Shown: in pieces, positions 1-14,500 of the stretch
How the letters are laid out: the number at the start of each line of letters is the position of its first letter
Numbering within the stretch: the first letter of the stretch is position 1
Assembly: GCA_051362555.1 (NCBI GenBank)
Contig: CM120645.1
Span: 13,640,001-13,704,000, forward strand
From: Lingula anatina
Lineage: Eukaryota; Animalia; Brachiopoda
Direction of reading: 5' to 3'
DNA: 64,000 bases
Made by a program: the position numbers and the translations under genes
Notes under the pieces: generated by a model
What the model saw: only the letters and a program-made list of their open reading frames with translations
Database searches by the model: none
Told to the model about the DNA's origin: nothing

Positions 1-1558
1 CGACAAATTGCAGCCCATTATATCGGTGGCGACAGTCACCAAGTAGCCAGAGTCCCGCTGTGCCCTTAGTGTCCAGTCAGGTATGACTAGACTCTAATCT
101 GCAGGAAAAGGGGAGATGATGGTAAAGATAGGGTGGGGAACAGGTGGTTGGGGATGGGTTAGTGGATGGGCATATTGGCATTTTCAAATTGGGACCTAGA
201 ACCCCCACGGGTGTGAAGCTGAATGATATTCATATTTTCTGAATGTCCATGTTATTTAAAGTAGATGATTAAAAATTTGGTGGTAATTATACCTTAAATC
301 ATAATGTAATATTGCATCAAAATTGAAAAAAACTTGCTTTGTGCACTGCCACCACAAACGTTATGAAAAGAAAACAGTGTTACTTCTTTTTTTTTTTTTA
401 ACTTACCAGAATGATTCTTAGGATTGAGATACAGGATTGACATACAGAAAAAGGGGAGATGATAGCAGAGATAGGGGGGAGGAACAGGTGGTTGGGGATG
501 GGTAAGTGATGAGTGATTGGTATTGTGGACAGGAGCATGTTGTCATTGTGTGGATGTCACATACTTCCTGAGGAACACTGTAAGATTGGCTCATGTTGCA
601 CTAATGTTGGGTAATGGGCAGTAATGTGGGAATACTTGGTACCTTATCCACACAGCACTGGGGTGCACTGAATAAATATTGCTGGAAGAGTTCTTGCCAG
701 CCGTTAATATTGAAATATATATATATATATATTTTTTTTTATTTATTTTCTTATTTATTATTATTGGAACTTATTTTTTACAACATTTATGAACTTAACT
801 TGCTGGATGTATGGTATCTCCTTAATTAAAAAAAAAAAAAATTTAGATATAAAATTTTACCAAATACATCAGCAAAATTTCATCTCCTAAAAGAAATGAA
901 CAATCCTACACCTAGGTCTGGTATGCCAAAGAGGAAATAAAGCCACAGCAGAGATATTGGTATATTTGAAAGGAATTTTGAGTTACTGTCAGTGAGTCAT
1001 TCAAATTTGATAGTAAACTGCACTTTCTGTGAAGTCTTGGAGGAGTAGCATTGTCTACTAGTAAAGTGGAAAATAACTTGCAATGCGAGATTTTTAGTAT
1101 AAGATAAGTCAATACAATGAACAATTGAGCGATCCACCGAGGATAGTTTTTCACATAATTGATTGGGTGCCCTAGCACTTGTGTTGCACTTAGAGGTTAG
1201 CTGAACTGGAGATATTACACGACTGTGTGTCGCTTAAGTAGTCAAACAATATAAGGGTTCATATTTTAATTGGACATTTTTTTCACTATAATGCTCACTG
1301 ATATGCCATTATTGATCAGGTGAAAAAGCACATTTTACAAGTAGCAATTCAGGCAGATGAGGTACCATGAAAATGAAGAGATAATTGAAAGGAATACACT
1401 GATGTTTTATATCGGAGTTTAAGGAGAAATTTCCACAATGTTAGACTTGGTTTTACCATTTACAGCGAGGTTTAGTTGTTTAAGGATTTGCATAGCTCTA
1501 TGAAAAAAGGACATTTTTATTAATCCCTCATTTATTTTTCATTTTATACTGTCACAGT

Positions 1559-1595
<37 letters not shown>

Positions 1596-2696
1596 AAAAT
1601 TAAATAGGAACAGATAAAGATTTGGTAAATTAATTACTTGTTCTGCCTAAATGATGCCTCCACCACCACCCCTCCGTCCCCCCTGTACCCCAAGGAAAAT
1701 AGTCAAATTCAAATTCCTACCCCCATAGAATCATCACTATGCCAGACTACCCCTCCACATATTATAGTAAATAGCTGACATGCCACTAGAGTCCCCCCCA
1801 GTGTATATTTATGTCAATGTGTGTATTAGGGTTATCTCCAGCCAAATGTTATCTCAAGTTATAGCTTGTAAAGAGGACAGATTTATGTCAATGTTGACTC
1901 TTGGGAATAACTACAGGGCTTACATGGCATCTACAGATGGGATCAGGTTGTATGCTTTTAAAAAAAAGTTGTGCATTTCCCTTTTTTTTTTTAATGGATG
2001 CACCCTCGAGGTATAAGAAGGTGGAGTTAATTTAAGCAACTTCAAAGGTGTTAGGTTACTATTTGTGTTTTTGGGGGTAGGGTTTTGCTGTAAATAAGGA
2101 CGGGATTTTTTGAATGCAGAAGTATGAGAGAAATTGGAAGATGTTTGTTCTTTGAATAGAACCCCACCTTAACAATACATTATTATAGTGACACAAAAGT
2201 CTGGCTTGCTTTTATTAAAACTGAGATTAAAATGACATTGGTATTACACTGTTGTATTTGTTCTCTGTCACCTGTTATCATACTTTCATTTTTCTATCAG
2301 TGCTTGTTTCAAATCAGTCAAACTAAGTAATAATATATTGCAGAATCTTTCTTTAAAGTACAAAAAAAAAAAAAGAGGTTAAACTAATTGAAAAAAAAAA
2401 AAAAAGAAAAAGCAGTACAAGTAAATATGTGACACATCATGCACATGCTCATATTACACCACATCTAAAGAGGCGAGATGGGTGTTTTGAAATTTTTCGA
2501 GTAACTGGTCCGTTTTCATGTCCCATTATATGACACACACTATCCTTCCAGATGAGACAGTGGACAAAGTCACACAAACCACACCTTAGCAGTGATAATG
2601 ATATGTAACCTTAGCTTTTTGTGTGTGTGTGGAAATGACCTGAACGAAGTGAGTGAAAGGCTCATTTTTCATACTGGTGGTGTAGACAGTTTAAGA

Positions 2697-2898
2697 CCCC
2701 ATTTCCATAGATTTTAGATCGATCTATCCCTGTGGGGAGTCTCACTAGATTACTGTCAGCTTAGCCGGCTTAAGCGGCTGTCCCGCCTACTGAAAGCTGT
2801 AAGGGGGTAATTAACTATTGTGCGCGCTCGAACCCCCAGGGAGTTAGGTTGATCTAAATCTTAATTCCTGGATCTATCTAAATCTCTGGGAATACACC
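2697..2898. mobile_element. ~200-bp MITE-like dispersed repeat, copy 1
   Basis: ccccatttccatagattttagatcgatcta...gatctatctaaatctctgggaa with imperfect terminal inverted repeats; close copies at 3562-3770 and 23433-23657. Confidence 0.75.
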
Positions 2899-3561
2899 TT
2901 AGGGGTGGGGCATGCATATATTTTATTTAAGGTGTTAACAAGTGATTTAGAGATGGGAGAGGGGGGGGGTGACCCTGTATACGTGACTGCGTGGTCACAT
3001 CATACCAGCTCATGTAGTTAATAATAAAAAAGTCTAGGAGAGTGTTTTATTCTTATGACATCTTTTACTTTAATTTTTTATTACTATGTTTGTACTGCAT
3101 TGATAGTATTTGCAAGATATTTGATATTTCACATCAATATTTCTATATTTGAGGCATGCGGGAAACATATTTAGCTAATAAGATTTAGCTATTAATGCGT
3201 GTATTTTGTAACTGTCTGTGCTGTTAATTTTAAATCGTCTCTGCTTTTATTGTCTTTTTCTTAGTTGTCTGTGAACCTATTGGTGCCAATAGTTGAGTAT
3301 AAAATACATACGTATGTCCTTATAGATCTTTTGATTCAGATAAATGTACTATTTTTATCCTGACAGTTTTAAGACTTGTATATATCATGGTTAGTTTGGG
3401 TCACAATATTGTGTGTCTCCTCGAATGACATTTCTCTCACCTTATGCTGTGACAAAAGCAGTATAAGGGCTCATTTCCAAGAGAACTACCATTCTACATA
3501 GATCGATCCAACTGCGTGGGGACTTTTACTGATTGCAATCAGATTAACAGACTAAGGCTCT

Positions 3562-3770
3562 ATTCCCATAGATTTTAGATCGATCTATCCCCACGGGGAG
3601 TCTCACTAGATTACTTTCAGATAATCCGACTTAAATGTCCGTCCCGCCTACTACAAGCTGTAAAGGGGGTAATTAACTTTCGTGTCCGCCCGGCTGACAG
3701 CTATTTAGCGTGAACCCCTAGGGAGTTAGGTCGATCTAAAGTAGGTCGATCTAATCTATGGAAATGGGGT
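3562..3770. mobile_element. ~200-bp MITE-like dispersed repeat, copy 2
   Basis: attcccatagattttagatcgatcta...gatctaatctatggaaatgggg with the same internal sequence as 2697-2898; a partial degenerate copy lies just upstream (~3470-3560). Confidence 0.75.
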
Positions 3771-5532
3771 GTTACATGCCTTCTCTTGTTTCCAACATAC
3801 TTGTATAATCCCCTGCTTTTTTATATTCCATTTAATGCCAAAAGGAACCACGTTAATCTGATTGCATTCAGCAAGAGTCCCCACAGATCTGGATCGATCT
3901 GTGTAGATCAGTCGTTCCATTGGGAATGAGCCCGAAGGCAGGTTCTTCACATTTCTTGAGAGCTAGAAGTAACTTGATATTTCAACCACCTGCAATCAGA
4001 ATCTTCACAGCCATGTTACTTATAGACATTTTACAATAAAAGAACTTGCAAGAGATAGGCCTTTTATGCCAGAAAATTCAATTTCCTGCTCTTATAAAGT
4101 TACAAAGCTTTGAGTAGGACATGTTCACAAATATATACAAGTGTATATATTCTTTGATGTGTCCTGAAGTGGAACGCTCACAGGGGCGTTCAAAATTATT
4201 AAGCTCATCATTGAAAAATTGAAATTATCACCTGCAATGAAAATATTTTAAATGGAGAAAATAACATGCTTTACCAAGTCAAGTAGATTTAAATGCACTT
4301 TGTATTGAAAAATTTAAGTACTAGTAATTACATACTAGTACATTTTAATTTCCTTGGCCATTATTTATTCTGCTTTGTATGGAGTGTATCGGGAGGTAGA
4401 AAACGGTTTAGTTTATCGAGTTCTGTACTACCCTGTAAGATGATATACTTGTCGTGATCTGATGCCTTTGTATAAAATACATCATATTATAACATATCAG
4501 TGAATACTCTGGTTCAGATCTCTATATGACGGCTGTGAAGGTGGGACTTGGTAATTTCAGCTGCATGTCAAGTAGAAGATGAGCTTAGAACCGCATTTTG
4601 TGCCCTGTTCTACGTGATCTGTGCACTGTGTCAATGGGAAAGTTTCATATTTATAAACAGTTTTCCGAAATGGCCTTTTTTTTCTTTAAATACTTTTAAG
4701 TACATGTCATTTAGTTGAAAGTTATTAAAAAGGTAGTATGGTCATGTTCCATTAGCTGTTGATTTGAGAATATGACTGTTTAACTTCATATTTGGAAAGA
4801 AGTGCCTGTTATTTGTTTCAATAAATTGTTTACAAGTGTGATTTTGTGACAGCATCCTGTTTTGCTTTAATTATTAAATGCAGCATGAGAGGAAATTGCC
4901 ATAATAGTTTTTAATAACTTTTTAACTTTTGTCTTACATCCATGGGGTTGTTTTCCTTCCTTTACGTATATATGAATGTCATCACCTTTGGATCAATTTC
5001 ACTTAAATCGACCACACAAAAGCCAGGTTCCTGCATTTGTCTCCAGTGTGTGCTTTTCTCTTGTAATCAATTCTACTGTTTGTAACACCACAAACTGAAA
5101 ATGTAGAGCAAAACTGAGTCCTTTTCCCCCTCGATCAATTTTTGTGAAAACTAACAAAATATAGCCCTTGTCCATATGTGGTGATCAATTTCGGTGAAAT
5201 ATATCAGGTGGTAGCAAATGTTAGCTGGTTGATTTCACACTAGCAGTGTTTATCATCGATTCCGAATCCAAATTTGAGCCAGTATAATGTATTCGCGTAC
5301 ATGTATACTGTTAGAGAAGAGGAGGATGATTGCATTCCATTGTAGGCTAGTTGGCTCCACATTGTGGTGTCAAGCAATCAATTTTGACTAATTGCAATCA
5401 CACTCCTACTGATTACTTGATAACATACCAAAAACCTGTATTTTTCATTAAAAATTGAATGTTTAAGTTAAACGTAAATCTTTAACCTAAGAACTATTTT
5501 ATTTCATTTTTTTTCTTCTTTTTTTCCTTCAG

Positions 5533-8500
5533 AGATATGATAGGAACTATGCACAGTGGCAGCAGGCAAAGGTGGAAACCAAAGACACAGAGACGCGTAT
5601 CTTGAAGGAGAAGATCTTACTCCAGCAGGAACTAATTCGCACACAAGATGAGCTGTACCAGAAAAAACAAGAAGCCAGGGACAGACGTCATAGGAAGGTT
5701 TGTGCACTTTTTCTAGTATACTTTGACGTTTTCAGTTTTCTCGATGTGATTTAATTGTGTTTAAACTATTCTCTCTCTTTCTCTGCTTCGCTATTTACAT
5801 TTTATGATGCATTGATAATTATTATAAGTACCTGAGTAAATGAGTAAAAGCTTAAAAGTTTGCTGATGGCTGATAGTTTACATCTCTTAGCTTTGGTGAA
5901 AGACATGATGTTAATTTCTGAAGTAGTTTGATACTGAATATATGTAGCTTTTCTTTGCTTTTTTCTTCCTAAGTTTGTATCTTAATTGTTATCAGATGCA
6001 TGAAAAATACCATAATAATATTGCTGGAATATAAAAAAGTAGAATGAATCACATGGGCAGGTCTTTTTGTTCCTAATAAATTACTTTTAGATTTGTATGT
6101 AATGAAGTATCACATGACTTATATTAATCCATGATTGTGCATTTGTAATGTAAGTCTTATTGAATAATTGAAACTCTTTTGTAGTTATTTAATTGATATA
6201 ATTTTACATTGTAACTTCATTTGAAGTAAATTATCAGCATGACAATGACACCCAACCCTGCTTATTATAATAAGGTGTGTGGTATGTACTGCTGATTAAT
6301 GTAGTTATGCACTTAAAAAGTCAAGCACAATATTATCATGCAATGTTTTATTAACTGCTTAATTTCCCAGTCATATAAGCCGTAACACTGGAAATTGTTT
6401 GATTGATCATGTGTAACGCCAAGCAAGCTGGTGCAAACTGTTCACACTTTGAAGTAGCCCTTTTTATCGGACGGGACTAACATTACAACATAAGGTATAA
6501 AAACAATGGATTCCATAAGCCTTTGACATTTCAATCTTTCAATTACAACAACATTGGGGATTGTGTAACATTTCTTAAGATGCACTGAAAAGCAGCTCCT
6601 GCTGTGTTGAAAAATAAAGACTCAGTTAATAATTGAACAAAATAGGGCATAAAGCAGGAAGGTAGCATTTATGCAATATGGACGCTATTATGAGCGCCAT
6701 ATTGTTTTTACAAGCTTGAGCAGTTGTGCCCTATATTTGTCTAAGTAGACCATGGTCGATATCACACCCGCTTTTATCATCCAGAGTACAAGGCAGGTCC
6801 ACGCTCGATTGCCTCCGTAGAAAACCTGTGGCGGGCCTGCAAACTAAGAAGTGAAAGGGATCAATGTGACCATATCATATTCCAATATTTGTCCTCCCTT
6901 TGATGCTACCTCCGCTTCACTGTTCGTGCTGAGCACTGGCTGACCCGACAAAAACTAGGCTGGCTGCTTCGGTTTTCCCGCCATCTGGCCTTGCCCCCTT
7001 CCCCTCCCATTTGATGTCCAGGGAATTGAAAATTGATTCTGGCTGGGAAGAGTTCTAATTCATTTTAAAACCTTCAAGTTGGTTTGAATGGGCTAGTGCT
7101 GTGAATGAAACCTTAATGGCTTGGAATGTTCATTAAGTTTTCTCAGTAATCTGTTTTATTTAAATTTATTTGTATGTCTGTTGACCACACCCTCATTGTG
7201 GCATTATCTATAGTGGCGCCATTGCTCTTTTTGAAGTGTAAAACCACTGATTGAGAAAATGGGTGGATTGATTTTATTGAGTAAAAGTATGGAGATAGAC
7301 ATCTTGAAGGATTTTGTGAATGATTTTTTTTTTGGAATTGCTTCATGCTTGGCCTGTTTTTCTAAATTGATTGGTCACAATTGTTATTGGTAGTGGTACT
7401 AGGTTTTTTACTTAATAGCAGGAATGTGGTTTTGGACATTTGTCTTTTTCCTGTCATCATCCTGTACTAAAAGGAAAGATGAATGACTCCATCTATTGGA
7501 ACACACTAGAAGGATGGCTTGCCATTGGTTCATTGCTGTGAGCCAATTAGTACCATGAAAATTTTGTTCCCAAGACGGAAAGAGGGTTTGGAAATGTTTA
7601 TTGGCTCAATCAATATCATCTTTAGTTTCAACTCTTCTTGATTGACAAGGATAAAAAGTCGGCTCCGAATAAATGTAAGCTGCACATTGGCACAATAACT
7701 TTTCAAGCAGTAACACCAACCAGAAACTTTTACATAAATTTATGTGGGGAATTGTCGCCTTAAAACTGCTTGTGCATTGTTCTGTACAACAATAGCAAAT
7801 AGCATGAAGCTTGGGGTATTGATTTAAAAAGTGCAACAAAGATAAAAGTGAAGCCGTGAAATAAAATTGGCTCATTTTCCTGTCAGCTCCACTCTTTCTC
7901 TCCCAGTCAAGGCAGATAAACCTTGGGCATTGTGTTGTGTTATTACTACAGTTGTGATCAATATGTAAGAATCAATACAGGTTTTGTTCTTGACTTAGCG
8001 CACATTGTAGGTTCAATGGAAACAGATCAATTATTGCACAAAGCTGGAAAATTGGACCGCCTTACTCTAGCTCGTGTGCCGAAAGAGCATAAATATTTTA
8101 AACTTGCCCAGCGTTGCCGTAGACAGTGCTCCTGAGGGAGGGGAGAAGGGAAGTTGTGTCAAGAGAGTTGCGATGAAGTAGCTAACGGTAGTTCACAGTA
8201 GATGATGGACTCATCACTGAGGTTCACTGGCAAGGCAGTGCCTGGGGGACTGCACTTGTTTGCAGTAGGATAGTTCCATTAACTCTAAGCTACGAGCTTC
8301 AACTCCGTCTAAGTGCGCCACTCATAAGCTATCGGTTGACAAAATATAGGCAACTTGTGCATCATGTGTATTCTGTTCGAAAAAAGGTACGTATTGCATA
8401 AGCAGTGAAGTTTAGAGTCTGTTCTTCAAGGGAAGTGAGGAGGGTTGACTCAAACAGTGTTTTGCATGAAATTATTTGAATGAGAAACATAGGGACTGAA

Positions 8501-11500
8501 CTGAGACTTGCTGCATATTTTCCCCACCCACTCTTCTCTCCCCTGGGTATTTTTGACCATGTGCTACAATTGACATACATGCATGCGTGCTTGCCCTATT
8601 GAACTGTTTTGGGACTTGTTGGCAACCATTTTTCACAATTTGTGGGCTACTGAAAAGTGTCAAGAACATACAAGGTATAATTTTGGTATATTTAAAGAAT
8701 TTTTGAAGACCAGTTTATTTTTCATTTGTTGTTTTGAAGTTCAGGGACTTATAACAGAGTGTTTTTTATGAGGAGAAAGTTACAGATACTGATAATATTT
8801 CTGTCAAAGACAATTGTTTGTCTGTGATGGTACTTTTTCTTAGCTATAAGAAAATGGTGCAAATAATGTTGACAGAAAAAATTCATGCCAATGAGACAAA
8901 TGACTCATTAGATAGGAAATTATAGATTTTGAATGTTTCGAGTAAGTTTGTTTATTATTATCATTATTATAATGTTTAGGAATTATTAAGATACTTTACA
9001 GTGTATTGATTGTGAAGGTAGGTACGCAGATACAGTAAATGCCTCAATGGTGCGTTTGATGTCTAAATTTGTGTGCATGTTTTTATGTGAAGTTGTGTCA
9101 TTGGTCATTTTTTTATAAATATCTGGCATATACCATGTGAGATATGCCATCTTATCATGTGTTATATTTTTGTGAACAATGCCATTTTGCAAGCATAATT
9201 ATTTGCATGAAATATACGTATGTAGTTTTATGTGTTTTTATGCAAATTAATGTGTCAAATTCTCATTTGAAAGTTAAACCTGCATTGGAACTTTTGAAAC
9301 ATCAGTATCAAAGTTTGATTGTACTGTTTTGGGTTGAATTGTTTGTTTTTTGTGATATCGATAATGCTAAAGAAAAAAAAAAAAAAAAAAAAAAAAACAA
9401 ATGTATTATTATTTGAACAGTAAATTACAAAGCATGTGGTATATGTATGTATAAGTTTTGTATTGGACCTGTTGCATGAAGATGCTTTGCTGACCCTGTT
9501 TGCTCCATTGTTGCCTGTGTTGGAATTGCCACTCCATGCCTAGCTGTTGTTCTGGAATTGCGTGTACATATCATGTACGCTGACCATGGACACCTCAGCG
9601 CCATCTGTAGGTTGTTTTGCCCATATAGGAGCCTGGTCTCAAGTGGTGGGTAGATGTCTGGCAAGGAACTGTCTAGCACCATTTGAAATCAGTGCCCCTG
9701 ATGGTTGCCACGACGAAAAGGTCATGTGATCCAAGTCAGCCATGACAGTTTTGAGTGAAGTGAAGAATTTTCTGTTTGTTTATGCATGCATTGTTACTAC
9801 CATAAGTATCAACAAAAATCGATGTATCTCATAAATAATTTTAATTTTTTTAAATTTATTTTTGAAAAGAAATTGTGATATGTTCCCTAGTCAGTGGTTG
9901 AAATTGAATCAAGCAGTTTATGTACGATGCAGACTAAAATATGAGTTTCACTAAGTAAAATTTTGCAAATCAATTTAGTTATTAAATTTTTGTGAAATTA
10001 GGTTTTTATTTGCCAAATTGTTATGAAATGTATATAACTATTCTATTAGTTTCCAGAAAAAATACTGATGATGGGTATTCGTAAGTCTGAAAATTTGTCA
10101 GATTTTGTCAGATTTTAATATTAAAATTTCATTAAGGTTTGTCTTATGTAGACTTAAAAATACCATGATATCATTATTTGGATAAACATTTATAGATAAT
10201 TTATTTACAGCAGCTCCTTCTGGACCCTGCTTTCATTTGGTGCATAGATTCGTGAACATTTCTAGCACCATTTGAAATCAGTTTCCATAAGAAGAGTGAT
10301 AACAACAGTAAAATTTTCAGAAAAAATATGACAAGATAAAAAAAAAAAAAAAACAGGTTCAGTTTTATATTCACCATAACTATAACAATACCACATTTTG
10401 TTAGAAAATGTTCTGCCTGCACAAAACCATTCCTAGAGAAGCATTGTTTGATAGTTGCTATGGAAACGGGCATGAATGTTTCATAGATTATTAATTGAAA
10501 GGATCAGATTGGAGTTCAATTAACTAAAGCATGTCGACTTACACCACAATATGCCCTATTGCAGTGCAGTATATGGGGCCTACTAGACTGAAGTCCAATA
10601 GTAATGCTTCAGTAATTATCCCTAGGTTGAAGATTTAAGGAGAATTATGATGTGTAACATTACCCCACAATGATGATCATAATGATGTTAAGCTCTGCAT
10701 TTGGGGCTAGTGCCAGAAGATCAATTTTTTCTGTCAACTGCAGATACTTTGTCATTACTGCACTGTTATATATATACATTGGGATTTATGTGTCTGGATA
10801 AGGATTATTTTGGTTGTGCGATAAAGTTATTTGCCATTTTTCTCATTGAGAATATAAAATAGTTGTGAAAGGAATTACTCATAGAAGTATGATTTGGGAT
10901 AAATATTATATTATATATATTTTAAGTACAAATGGATAATGAAATGCTGCATTGTGTGACAAAAGTTACTATATTTAGTTTAGTTCTTAGACATTATGAA
11001 GTTGATATCTTTAGAGCTCATCTTGAGGATGCACTTAAAGATATTTTATTAATTTTTTTTTTTTTTTGATTTAATTGGAAAAGAAGGAATTAAGTGAAAA
11101 GCCAACCTTGAAACAGGGGGGAAAGGAGACATTTTACTTTTCAGAATGTGCACTAATTAATTTATATGAATATAAAACATTAACGTCAATTTTAAATTTG
11201 TCATTGTAGAAACGTGAGGCAGAGAGAATCACAAGACAGGCCAAAGAAGAAGCTCTTCGTCAAATCTGCCGTGAATCATTAGGTAGGTTACTTAAGTCAT
11301 CAAAACCATCCCGATAATTGATGAAATATTTTAAAATGAAATTTTCTGTCTGCAATCTGGCAGTAAATGTACTGATGACAGTAAATGCACACAATTTTCA
11401 GTCTGAAGAAGTCCTGTTGAATTTTTTTACTCAATCACTACTGATCTAGATGTACATGTATATATATGGGCACGCTAAAACATCAGATGCAATTTGATGG

Positions 11501-14500
11501 GCTGTTACTGAACACAAAAGACATCACTGCTTGATGGCATTTTATTTCTGCCGCTGAGTGATCGGCTCTTGCAGCATAGGAATCATGGTTGGATGAGTGA
11601 CTGAAAATAAATGCTACTCAAGATTTTCTGGGCTGTTATCCCTCAAATGATTCTAGGATAGATTTGGAACCAAACAAATATCCATTTGCAGTTTGTCTGC
11701 TCTGGAACCGTGCTTTGAAAAAATGGAGGTATTTTAGGTACTTCAGTGGCAGCTTGCACATTTGTACATTAACCCAGCTATCTGTTAATAACATTTCTTG
11801 CTTAAGTGTGGAATTCATTACATTTGAAATATTTGGAACTGTAATATATGCTTTGTGTTTAGGCTTAGGGATAATAGAAAAATAGGAAATACTAAACCTA
11901 TGAAGTTATACAGTAATAATGCAAGTTGTGATCAGTATTACTTAATAGTAAATCCAGTATATTTTTTCCACCTTTTAGCATAATATCACACTGCTGGATT
12001 CATAAAAAGATAACTCTCTCAGTTGAAAAATAGTTTGGAAGGTTTTCAAAAAATGTTGTGAGAGAGGTGAAATGCTGTAACAGTTGGTAAGGGTGTTTTC
12101 ATTTCACAGAGTTCTCATTCACATTCACCATTTTTTCCTGTAGGCTGTTAAGCAAAGCAACTGTTCCATTCACTGAAAATAATTATTAATATTTGTTGAG
12201 ACTGTATTGAAACATTAAGTCATTGATTATACTTTGGTCTGAAACTGTGTTAGATTCTATTCAATACAGGTATTTTAAATGACGTGTGGACTGGAGAAAT
12301 AAGAATTGATGCCACAATTTGATTTCTCTTAAGCTCGCTTTGTAAAACACAAAGTGGCTTTCTTGTTGATTTTTGACTGTTTTGTCATAGCGTCTTGCCA
12401 TTTTGTGTGAGTGTTTAGTTTTAATTTTCGATTAAGTTCATAGCCTTTGTTCTGTTCTGTTATTACAATGAAATTGAACTTGAGGCAAGGTGCTTGTGGT
12501 AACTCTTTTGTCGGATCCAGTTTCACAAGCTGGCAAGTTGATGTTGAAAAAGAACCTAAATCATACTGTTTAGTGCTCCTGTAGCTGTTAGCATCTATCT
12601 TGTAACTCTCCAGTGTTCTGTTTTCTTGCAGAGGATGACAGAAAAGCTAAGGACCAACGTCGCGAGAAGCAAAAGTTAAAGTCTGAAAAGTCTCTCAAGT
12701 CATCTGGAGAGGAAGCCCAACTCTCGCATCCCTCGGCGCATTCCACACGGCCGTCTTTGTCTCCCTTGGGGTCCACCGACGGACAATCACAAGCACTGTC
12801 CGTTATTTCCATGCTGTCCAGCAAAACACGAGAGACGCATCACGGAACAGAAATGGAAGGCATCCAAGAAGAGAAGACCATGGATTTCCCTTGCCCGTAT
12901 GCCAACGGAAAGAAGAAAAGCAAGAAACTTACAGAAGAACAAAAGACCAACCTTCCGTGGCATCATTTGCAACTCTATGAGCTCTATGGTGATGAAGCAG
13001 ATGACTTTCTGTACCCAAAAATGGAGCAGACGGTCCAGAAACAGATTAACCCCAACCTCAGGAAACAAGGAGGTAATTATGTACTTAGTCGTGTAGATTT
13101 TAATTACAGCTCTGTAATAGAGTTAGGATGTTTTACCTGCACTGGCATTTTCACTCTGGCTTAAATGGTATGCCAACAAATATCACTCCAAACAGACTAC
13201 AACTCTACCCACACTCAAACCATTTGCTTCTTCACTGTGTTATCTATTCCCATAACTGTCCAAACTGCTATCAACTTCCCCATTCCGTGTGCACTTGTTT
13301 CTTCTTCATCTAAAGCAGAACTTGTTTAATATACTGTGAAGGTTGGTCACAGTGCATGGCCAGACTGCATGGCGGGGGAAGGTTGGTCAAAAGAGTGGGA
13401 GAAAGGTGGGCTCAAAATGTGTGTCCTTTAGGAGTAGAAAGGTTCTGCTTTGAGGCACAATTTTACATGTAGGTTCTGCCATGTCTCAAGTTGGGTCAAC
13501 TTAGGGGTCAAAAAGGGCAACTTTTCTGGAAAAAGAATCCCCACCCCTTTGAAATAAATGGACACAGGCTGTGTTTTATACTAAAATTCAAACTTTCAGA
13601 ATCATTGGAGATACCTTGTTTGTAAGCAGGTGACAATAGATGTCCCACCTGTACCATTTGACCTGTCAAACGGAACATTTCTAGATTTAGTCTAGTTATA
13701 ATGGCTTAACTGCTGTCATAAATTACTGTCTCATCAGACCTTGTAATTACTTATTCAGCGATTCACAAGGAACCAATATGTTCCTCTGTTTCTTGTCTAT
13801 TTCTAATGTAATTGGTTCGTGTCGTGTGCCATGCCTGGCAGTTGGTATATAGATAGTAATGTGTAATCACTTGGTCTGCCGAGTTTGTATGGTTCTAAGT
13901 TTAGCCATTGCAATTGAATTGGAAATGCTTCTTCAGTACGCCCGCCCCGCAAGTTGAACATGGCCTCGGCTCATAGTCCACTGGTCAAGCAATTACACAG
14001 TAGGAGGCAAACCTGACAATGTATTGGATATTTGAAATTCTGTGTTTGGCCACCGATCAATAAGATGCCAAGATTTGGAAATCTTGCTTTAGAGGCTGAA
14101 ATATAATTAGTCCTTCAAGGTCCATGTAACCAAGTCCCCTTTATGTATTGAATATAAACACACATTGTTGAATGCCACAATAGTGAGACAACAGCAACAA
14201 AGCTAGAAATATTATAACTGTTAGAATATTTAAGGTTGGGAATTTGTCTGAATCCTTGCCTACAGACAGGTTTTAATAACTAAAGAACGGAAGTGTATTT
14301 AGATAATTACTTTGCAGCCTAATGAAGGATGTGGACAAGCCGGCTTACGGCCAGGCAGCAAGCACGCGTGGTGTTATGTAATTCATTAATCTTTCAGCAG
14401 GTGTTTGTTTTATGCACAGTGGTGAGTCATTGAGCGAGGGGGATGATATTGATGTAAAAGCTGATATACCCGGTGCACTGTATTGTTCTTCTTATTTAAA

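Noticed and set aside
1-80. Possible upstream exon of the TSGA13-like gene ending CAG|gtatga
   Set aside because: One frame is open with a compatible phase, but the peptide is uninformative and there is no acceptor or homology support.
100-525. Two diverged ~80-bp G-rich direct repeats (~102-180 and ~446-523)
   Set aside because: Only two intronic copies with no termini or coding signal; probably a local duplication.
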